Positions 54,952-64,000 of a DNA stretch of 64,000 bases are shown here, piece by piece. A program made the translations under genes and the position numbers. This DNA is from Eledone cirrhosa (Eukaryota), in assembly GCA_964016885.1 (NCBI GenBank), contig OZ024746.1, positions 71,920,001-71,984,000 of the forward strand. Direction: 5' to 3'. Every line of letters begins with the position of its first letter. Positions within the stretch are counted from its first letter, which is position 1. The notes beneath the pieces are model-generated. The model searched no databases. It saw nothing but the letters and a program-made list of their open reading frames with translations, and was not told the DNA's origin.

Positions 54952-55543
54952 TATACCTTCTTTCCTGATTTATATATATATATATATATGTGTGTGTGTG
55001 CGTATGTATACACACATATATATTCTTTTAATGGTTTCAATCATTAGATCGAGGCTATGTTGGGGCACCGCCTTAAAAGGATTTAGTTGTCGATATCAGC
55101 CCTAGTACTTTTTTTTCAAGTTTGGTACTTTTTTTCTATCGATCCGCTAAGTTACGGAACATAAATACAGACATTAAAACATGTAAACACATGCACATAT
55201 ATATTATATACATAGTAGAATTGTATCCATGACTACGTCACAAAAGTTCATCGAATTGTTTGGACTATTTATAATAGATAATAAAACCATTAATATTATC
55301 CCGCCGAGATTAGCTTTGCCTTTCATCCTCACGCGGTCGATAAAATAAAGTACTAGTAACGCACTGAGTCGATTTAAACGACTTCCCTTCACCCACAAAA
55401 TTGGTGGGCTTGTGCCTAAATCAGAAACTATTATTATTATTATTTGAAATAAACGAAAGTGAATGTAAGACGTCACCGATACTTGGTCAGCGTATTCCAC
55501 ACTAACAGGAAAATAATCCCTTATTGGATTGTTTATATCAACG

Positions 55544-55586
<43 letters not shown>

Positions 55587-56067
55587 CCAGACTAGAAATG
55601 GGGACAGATTGATCGGTTGGCATGAACCTGTTTTAGTTATTTTATTGTTTGAGAAACGCAACTCGTCAAAGGGCGAAGACACACGGGGAAGTCAACAGCC
55701 ATCCAATAACGTATTTTACTTTATTTATTTTTGAGCGATAGACTCCTAGTCTTCATAAAGACATCTGTCTAGGAGAAGGTCACTTTGATATAAAACCTGT
55801 GATTTCGTTTGCATCCAATGCAGATCAGTTCTAATTCGATGTTCAGAGAGTGGTATTGGCCCCGTTCAATGCCTTTCCTCACTTAAAAAAGCTTCAAGCA
55901 CAGTCATTGCTTGATATGTGACATTTTTTTGCGATGCGTGTCATTGCTGGCCATAAGTAAGTCCCTAGCAAGACTAAAAACCACGTCCGTGATGCTCATG
56001 CTTAAGTATTAAGTATCAAGCAACGACACAACTCGAAATCGAGTAGAAGCCATAAAATATATTCTTC

Positions 56068-56169
<102 letters not shown>

Positions 56170-56213
56170 CAAAATGTTAACAGATGAAAAATATTCGCAT
56201 AATCAAAATATAT

Positions 56214-56250
<37 letters not shown>

Positions 56251-56269
56251 TTTGTCTGGTGACCCTGTG

Positions 56270-56300
56270 ATAGACGAAACTCCAGAGAAACAAGACTCAC
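56270..56300 (+). other. Decayed hammerhead motif within (TA)n; related to the hairpin at 24800-24886
   Basis: ttttgt-CTGGTGA-ccctgtgatagac-GAAA-ctccagag-AA-acaaga (about 56250-56300). The 24860 relative retains gagTAacaaaa. Confidence 0.45.
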
Positions 56301-56317
56301 TTTTTAACCTTAATAAT

Positions 56318-56371
<54 letters not shown>

Positions 56372-56578
56372 CCCTCCACACACACACACACTCAAAAGCG
56401 TGAACCTAATAAACTCATATTTATACTGCCTCTCTGTTTTTGTTTCCGTCTAAGGATATATATATATTCCGCTTAAACACAGGTTTGACAGGTTTGCTCA
56501 AACTCGAGACTGACAAGGAACTAAACAAGAAGCAATATAAGCTGTACAAAGAGTCACGCATATGCACACACACATTAC

Positions 56579-56992
56579 CTTTAAAGCTGGAACCATTACA
56601 GTCTGTTTAAATGCCGACCTGTCTAGATGGGTCATTCCTCTCACCGATTCCGGAGGTAGAAGACTTCCTTCAAGCTGGTCGCAGGGTTCAACATCATTGT
56701 ACATGACCGGGTAACGATATCGATCTCTTAACAACAATGACGATAATATTGATTTCTTTGACGATGATGAAATATTAGTGCCGCGGTTGACACTAATCAA
56801 CCTTCGCACAAATGAAATACATAAACTGAAAACGGCGGGTGGCGGTCTTGCGTTGGTGACCGGAGTATCTAATTTGTAAATATTCCGCTGTAAAATTAAA
56901 AGTCTGGGGCGTGGTGGAGCTTGGGTGGTAAAACCGGAAAGATTATTCAACCAACATAAAACGTTAAAAAGCTTATGACGCCATGTGTTCAT
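56579..56992 (-). CDS. TRMT5: TRMT5 coding exon 1 (probable mitochondrial targeting peptide plus start of the D1 domain)
   Basis: LLPPESVRGMTHLDRSAFKQTVMVPALK|gtaatg. First ATG at 56992 and second in-frame ATG at 56704; the true start codon is uncertain. Confidence 0.85.
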
Positions 56993-57789
56993 CTCTGAGA
57001 CCGGTGTAACAAGTAACAATAGTTCTCTGTGAAAATTTCATCCGAAACTATTTTTGTTTCTTCTGCTTCCTCCCCACTTCTTGCTCTCTCTGCCTCTCTT
57101 TTCACTCTCTCTTTCACTCTTTATCTCTCTCACACTCACTCTCTCCTCTCACTCCTTTCTGTCTCAACTCTCTATTTCTATTTATCGATCTATCTCTTTC
57201 TCTCCCTATGTCTTGTTTTTGTTTTCTTAATTGTAAGGGGCATTATATAGTTTTCCCAGTCTGTTGTGTCTCTGCACTGACGTTTAAACTGTGTAAATAA
57301 ATAAATAAATATTATATTATATTTTTGTTGTTTTGTTATTACTTTATTTGGGAATTATTATTATTTTATTTTTGTGTTAGTTTCATTTATATTTTACTTC
57401 TTCACCCAACGTTGTTTTAATGCGAGCGCGCGTGTGTGTGTATGTGTGTATGTGTGTGTGTGCGCGTGCGTGCATTTGGTATGTGTGTATTAGCAAAGGT
57501 GTTCAAGGCAACATAACTCGTGCTAGAAAATATTATACAAGAGAAGTTCACTCCCATAACCGTATAGTCACCACTAAATTTAGTCAGAATTCTTTACGTT
57601 TGTTATTTTTTTCCGTTTAATTTCGGGGCGAGAGGGGGGGGGGGTAATTGTTTACACTTTTTATCTATATAATAATTATCATTTACAAAAAATAAAATCA
57701 AATAACAGAAATTAGAAAAAAGAAACGAGAGAAAACAAAGTTTAGTGTTTACTTCTAAAACATTGCGATAACCCAAGACACTCACGGTA

Positions 57790-58100
57790 TTACTGCGAGT
57801 GATAGCGAGGCTAAAACGAAGGACTAGCCAAGCACCCTCACCAACATCACCTGATACTTCATTAAGCCCAATGGATAGCGAAGTTAAAGCACTGAAATAG
57901 CCAAGCTCATCACCAACATCACCTGATACTTCAGTAAGGCCATGTGATAGCAAGCACCCTCGCGTAGAACATCATCTGATACTTCTATAAGGCGAGATTA
58001 AGGCGTTGGAATAGCCAAGCACTCCCTTGAGCACCACCAGATACTTCAGAAAGCCGAGTGATAGTTAAGCACCCATACGAACACCACCTCAGTAAGATAA
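57790..58100. repeat. Degenerate tandem repeat of about 60-70 bp, about 5 copies
   Basis: Recurring ccaagcaccctcaccaacatcacctgatacttca. Confidence 0.75.
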
Positions 58101-58740
58101 ACTGCAAAGAATGACAAAAACCTCGTTGTCAGCAGCCCTGCTTACCCGATCTTCTTTTTACTTGTTGCTTTTGCTTTCTGCTTTACCAAATACAAGTTAC
58201 CTTTAGATTCCCAATATTTTTTTCATGATGTAAACAACGATATACGGTCGGTTGACTTGTTGCAAATAAGGAACAACTGGGGAAACACTGGCCCCTCCCG
58301 AAAATTTATGTTGAATCATAAGTATAGAAGGATATCAGAGACATGATCGAAATAGTAAATAGTTTCATTATGGAAATATATTAAACAAATACTTCCGTTC
58401 TTTAAATACTTCCCTACCAATTATTCGACGCAAACACTCGTGTCTTTGTCAGTCATTTGTAAAAATACCCGCTTCTCAATCAATCATTTGACCATTCTCT
58501 CCCGCTTTTCTATCAGTTCTTCGACCACAACACTGCTTTTCTTTAATTCATTCGACACACAATCCTAATTTCTTATCAGTCATTCGACGACACCACCACT
58601 TGTATGTCAGTCATTCCACTACACCCACGCTTCCCTATCCGTCCGACACTCTGACAATACTGTCAATGCATCATTCTGGATTGGTACATTTTTTATAGGA
58701 ACAAATGTAAGGTTTTTATTAAATTATATATATTATATAC

Positions 58741-58929
58741 GGGCGGTGGATTGGCAGTATCGGTAGAGGGTCGGACGCCATGCTTTGACGCATTGAGTTA
58801 CGGTCCTTGCCATTCTGAGTTCAAATCCCGCCGAGGTTAACTTTGCCTTTCATCCTTACGGAGTCGATAAAATAAAGTACCAGTAATACACTGGATAATT
58901 GCTGGCCTTGTGCCAAAAGTAGAACCAAT
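58741..58929 (+). mobile_element. Full-length tRNA-derived SINE, representative of more than 20 copies (e.g. 17349, 19174-19710, 27961, 34226, 35226, 43030-44340, 48794, 55300, 60033)
   Basis: A box tggcagtatcggt and B box gagttcaaatcc. The central gcctttcatccttac.gggtcgataaaat..gtaccag resembles the MetaSINE domain (inference). Confidence 0.88.
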
Positions 58930-59633
58930 TAAATTATATATATATGTGTGTTATTTTATTGAACCCGAAAGAGATGGAAGGCTGGATTTTAACTCAGCCC
59001 ACAGAGAGGTGGAATAAATACCGCAAAGTACTTAATCATATGTTTCTTGAAATCCATGACACAAATAAACTGTACCTCCTCGCTGTTATTGCCCCTACTG
59101 GTCTAAGACAGGGATGTTCCAATCGAGTCAATGTGAAGAAGGCGGTTAATGATGAATGCGACCACAACCACTGACATCGACTCCAGACAACGAGTGAAAT
59201 CAAGAAGAAACATTTTTATCCTTATCCAGACTCTAACAACATTTTGAAAAGAGACCAGATACCAGTTTTGTATAGAGGTTTTGAGAATGCCCCTCATTCA
59301 ACTGAAATGGGAATCCTCCCTTCTAAAGACCTTCTTCCTCTTACATAAAAAAAAAAAGCCGTGGGATCAGATGAAAATCTACTTTAGTTAAATAGAGCTA
59401 CAGTACTCTTTCGGACACCTCCGAATGTGGAGAAGCAAACAAAACTATGCAGTTCAAATGACCTTGCGGAATTTAATGAAAGTACAAAGAGCTATTTGGA
59501 AAGGGTGAAAGCTGTTACATAACCGTCCTGGCTTCGAAGAAATGACAGGAAGACTTTCTAACGACTCTGCTAATTCGAAAAAACCATTATTGCCAATAAT
59601 AGAGAACAGTAGTACAGTAACGTCATTCTGGCT

Positions 59634-59772
59634 GACCAATCATACGAATCTTGCAGCCACGTGATCAGTGCGATCTCAAATCTACAATAGACGTCTCGGT
59701 GCGTTCCAGTGTTGTTTTCGTTTTCAAAAGAAACAAGAATAGTCCGTTATTGCGCTGACTAAGCTGGTAAGT
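59634..59772 (+). promoter_or_regulatory. Candidate promoter and first non-coding exon of a gene divergent from TRMT5
   Basis: gaCCAATca (59636), CACGTGA E-box (59658), TCAGT Inr-like motif (59665), CpG enrichment, consensus donor ctg|gtaagt at 59766/59767. Confidence 0.4.
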
Positions 59773-59948
59773 TGATGTATTTCTTTAAATTGTACTTTAT
59801 TGTACCTGTTGTGTGATCATAGAGAGGGTTGGATTATTGTATTCACGAAAAAATTTCCAACAATTTCTTAGACAAACTGTTCAGTGGCTAGTAGTTCACA
59901 TTAAAGTTTTAGGTCTACCTTGCACATAAACATAGAAAGAAGGAGAGA

Positions 59949-60006
<58 letters not shown>

Positions 60007-60189
60007 GAGAGAGAGATCTTGTGTTTATAATAATTGTTTCTACGTTAGGCACAAGGCCAGCAATTACCCAGTGCATTACTGGTACTTTATTTTATCGACC
60101 CCGTAAAGATGAAAGGCAAAGTTAACCTCGGCGGGATTTGAACTCAGAATGGCAAGGGCCGTAACTCTATAAACTTGTGTTTATAATAA

Positions 60190-60790
60190 TAATCAACGCA
60201 GAGGAAAGGAAGATAACTAAATACCAAGCATTAACTAACCGTTTCCTTTTTGTACCGATCGCCATTGAGACATCTGGTATTCTCAATTCCTTGACTGCCA
60301 TTTTTATCCATCAAATCTGGACGAGGGCTTCACGTTTGACGAAGGAGACCCGTCTGGCGAAATGGTTAATCCAGCAGATACCATTGGCTGTTCTCCGCGG
60401 CAATGCATTCGCCATCGTGTTTGCTTTGGGATGTAGTTTAGAACATAACAAAGGTTCATACATATAATACTGACATTGTTATTTGGAACACTTTCAAATA
60501 TACAGTTAATGTGGTGTGGTAAATAAATATATAGATATACAACACCAGGCCCGAACACAATGGAACCAAACTCTCATTGTCACTGTCTCCATCTTTGCCG
60601 CTCTCCCCCCTCTCTCACTATTCTGAGCAAATGGGGGCCTACATGCTGGTTGCTCCGTGGCCCCGGCGGACAGAATAGAGAAGGCGTTTCCCCGAAGGAT
60701 GGTGAGGCAGACGCGCTGGAAGAGCCCTTCCAGCTCACGAGACTCACACCTGCGGGTAGCCAACCCTGTGCAGATGGTGGTGATCAGCTT
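60190..60790. mobile_element. Two convergent CRE-clade retrotransposon 3' fragments
   Basis: Plus strand 60190-60430: EERKITKY...FVPIAIETSG...LAVLRGNA. Minus strand 60650-60790: LFQRVCLTILRGNA. Confidence 0.65.
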
Positions 60791-61265
60791 AGCTATATCG
60801 CCTAGCCAAGGATATACAATTTATCTCCATCTTTTCTATACTTTTCTTTTTTTTTCTTTTTTCTCTTTCTTAATTGTCAATCTTCTTCTTCTTCTTCTTC
60901 TTCTTCTTCTTCTTCTTCTTCTTCTTCTTCTTCTTCTTCTTCTTCTTCTTCGTCGTCCACTTACTCTGAGAGGGTCACGATAACAGAATTCCCAAACACG
61001 CCTTCCAGAGGGTCCTATGAGAAGTGACTAACCCCAATTGATCCCGTTGGATCCCCAACCGAGCTCATTGATGTTATCCAACCATCTTGCTCGTGATCTA
61101 CTTCTGGGTTTCTCACCTGTTGGCTTTGCCTGTAACATCTGTCCAGCAATTCTTTCTTTAGACATTTTAAGCCCGTGTCTGTAGTATCAGAGCTATGGTC
61201 TCTGAATTCGGAGAAGTAGCGGTGGGATTCTCTGATCTCCGAGATACGCACTCTATCGAGTAACG

Positions 61266-62130
61266 TTACACTAAATACCCTTCGGAGAAACCCAATTTTG
61301 GCCGCTGTAGTCGTGGCCGTAATCTTTCAGTCATTTCCAAAGATTCATGGACATAGGTAAGAGTTGGCACGAACACCGAAAAGAAGATAGAGAGTTTGTC
61401 TTTTACACCTACGTCCTTTCTTCTGATGACGGAGTACTGAAGCTGGCGCATTACTGCACCGTCTCCTGCAACCGAATGCAGATCCTTCATTGATGAAGTT
61501 ACTGCAGCACTAGATGTAGTTAAGACTGTGTCATATATCTTATTGGGAGATTTCAATGCACATGTTAGCACTGATTACCTGACATGAAAAGGAGGGATTG
61601 GAGGGAACTGTGATTTCTGATAAGACGGTGATTTCTAGAAATGGGCTCTCTATTATGAACACCTCCCAGCACAACAACATCCATAAGAATGCGTGCTATA
61701 AAGGAAATCAGAGACAGAGATCAAGCATTGATTTTCTTTTTATTGTCTTAATATACTCGATTTTGTGCTGAATGTTCGTGTTAAGAAAGGGGCTGAGCGG
61801 TCAACTGATCACCATCTAGTTATCGGCAGCCCGAGGCTACCTTAAGTCAAGAAAACCCACAAAACTGATAGGTCCAACCCAACCTACAGGCTACAGTGGG
61901 AAGCGTTGGCTGATTAGGAAGTCACGAGCAGATATGCGAATACAATTGCATCCAAATTCAGAGAACTGCCTGAACAAATTGAGAACGTTGAAACGGGGTG
62001 AATAATGTTCAGATCAGTAGTTTCTGATTCAGCTGTTAAATACTGCAGGCGAAAGCGGCTCAGTGGGGCACCGGGTGGAAGAAGGAGCCCAAGGTTCAAT
62101 CAAGAGGTGAAAGATGCCATCCATTCTTAA
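61266..62130. mobile_element. RTE-like LINE fragments (APE endonuclease on +, RT 3' part on -)
   Basis: LLGDFNAHV and TDHHLV on the plus strand; KLSIFFSVFVPTLTY on the minus strand. Confidence 0.7.
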
Positions 62131-62199
62131 TAAGCGGAAATATTATGAGAAAATATTTGAAATAACGGAACATATTGCAAGTATAGTAAAAATAAAATA

Positions 62200-62520
62200 G
62201 CTCTTAACCCAGTGCAGTAGTTTTTCATGGACTCTAATGCAAGATAGCTTTAACAACAGGATGCAATGTCTGGCTCTGTCAAAGCTCTTGCTAAAGTCAA
62301 GGTATATGATAACTGTGTTTCATCACCTCCCTATAATAAAATATATCTATAGGAGATTGTTACCCTCTTCTGAGTCAGTTATTCTGGATTTCACCACTCT
62401 TTCAAATACTTTGATGATATGAAAGGTAAGTAAAATTGGATAGTGATTTACTGCAAGTGAATTGTTTCTCCTTTTTGAAAACTGGGATGACAGATTAGGA
62501 TGGAACAGCAGTTCCCAACT
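62200..62520 (-). mobile_element. L2/CR1-like RT remnant
   Basis: VIPVFKK... and YPILLTFHIIKVFERVVK across a frameshift. Confidence 0.55.
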
Positions 62521-64000
62521 TAGGGTCCACCAACTAAATTCAAAATTTGGAGCATTTAATTATAAACATATGTACACACAATTGGGTATCCACATTTCTA
62601 AGCACAAATATTTCCCTTTCAATTGCTATTATAACAATCTTCGACGGGAGTAATTATAGAGATGACATTCATTTAAATAAAATGGTTCCTTCGTATTGAA
62701 AAGATTATGAACCACTGGAATAGAAAAATGTTCTGATGTATAGTCTGTGTCTGGCCATTTTCACCATAAATAGCGAGAGGCGATATATGTTAGTGTTAGC
62801 ATTCCTTCAGGATACTAGCGGGGTATAGATCGGTGCCTATTAGAGAGTAATGTTGCTATGGCGTCTGCTTTGCCAAAAGTTATGTCAGAGATGTAATGAG
62901 GTTGACTTCCTTGGTACCACCCCAGTTAACTTCAGTGTAAGTCCCCGAACAATATGGTTTCTGTTGAATCTCAGCTATTTCTTGAACATCTTTGTGGAGA
63001 AAAATGTTGTTCCCATCAGCCAGTGGGCCAAATGGATGGAACAATAACGATCCTATGTTCATTAACAAATTAGAACACGTTTTTCTATTTTTAAGTAAGA
63101 CATGGCCTGAGTCAGTACTGGGTAGCGCATTGTGTCCTTTGTTTCATATTGCTCCAGTTCAATCAGCTGGAGAAAATTAATTGAGTCGACACAGCAGCCA
63201 AACTGTATCAACCTTTGTCTTTGCATTGGACTCCATCGATGGTGTTAAGAAAGGAGACAGGCATGTATGGGAGACTACTAGTACACTAGACACCTTATCT
63301 AGGCGAGCAACCTACATAAGGACTTTCCAGTTGAAAACTTATGGTCGGCCTTGATCGAAGCAGGCGTTTCATCCAATGAACCAGTGATATAAATTAAGAA
63401 AAAAATAAATAAATAAATAAAACGTAAAGATGGCGGAGGAAAAATGAAAACCAGACGTTGGTGAGGAGGGGTGCAAACGATAGGCCACAATGGAAATGCT
63501 TCTCATGGGACCACGCAAAGTATAACAGGGGGAAATGGTAATTGTCTTAAGATAGTTGTTGTAAAACATGAAATATAATCTGTACATGTTTTCTAAATAT
63601 ATTTCAGATGCAGCCATCTTCTTATTTCCACCAACTGCGGCAGCTGACAAAGAAACGGCTGAAATAAGCACCGAGATTTCATCTTTATTTTAATTATCAG
63701 CAGCATCAGCTCTAGCAAGAGCAACAGCAGCAGCAATAGCAGCCGGCACTAGCCCCTCATTCCAATTGCAACGGCAAAAAAAGCAACAACAGCAGCAGCA
63801 GTAAAAGGAGGGCAATCAAATTAATGATAAAGTCGAAGAGGACACAACCTTGATGGTCAAATAGCAATAGCAAACCAGCATTATTGAAACACCGACAAAA
63901 TGGAACAGTGTTCTATAGATAAGAAATAATAGTTACAACTCTGAAGAAGGGAACGGCCATAGCAAGCGCGGTGATACGAGAGAGACAAATACATTAATTA

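Noticed and set aside
58741-58830. tRNA gene
   Set aside because: A and B boxes are present but the spacing is extended and the sequence continues into a SINE body found in more than 20 copies.

Overview
This is AT-rich, microsatellite-dense animal genomic DNA. The SINE and repeat content suggests an octopus or other cephalopod (inference). It is not prokaryotic, and most entries in the ORF track are artefacts of (TA)n, (CA)n and (GGT)n repeats. One real gene is supported: a 5-exon TRMT5/Trm5 (tRNA m1G37 methyltransferase, about 638 aa) on the minus strand at 56992..30905, with GT-AG junctions whose phases all join. Its introns hold a near-intact Buster/SPIN-type hAT transposon (TIRs, 8-bp TSD, one nonsense codon), three non-autonomous Helitrons, RTE and CR1 fragments and many tRNA-derived SINEs. 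The left part has a DD41D (rosa) mariner remnant, a 5.3-kb 67-bp minisatellite and GGT-rich tracts. The most striking signal is a set of about 15 tiny (150-400 bp) non-coding, mostly palindromic elements lying in or beside (TA)n microsatellites. They are built around minimal type-I hammerhead ribozymes. Some carry complete CTGAnGA/GAAA/TH cores on both arms, while others are fold-back hairpins that keep only the GAAA-stemIII-GTC half. They look like several families of non-autonomous Penelope-like or retrozyme-like ribozyme elements.
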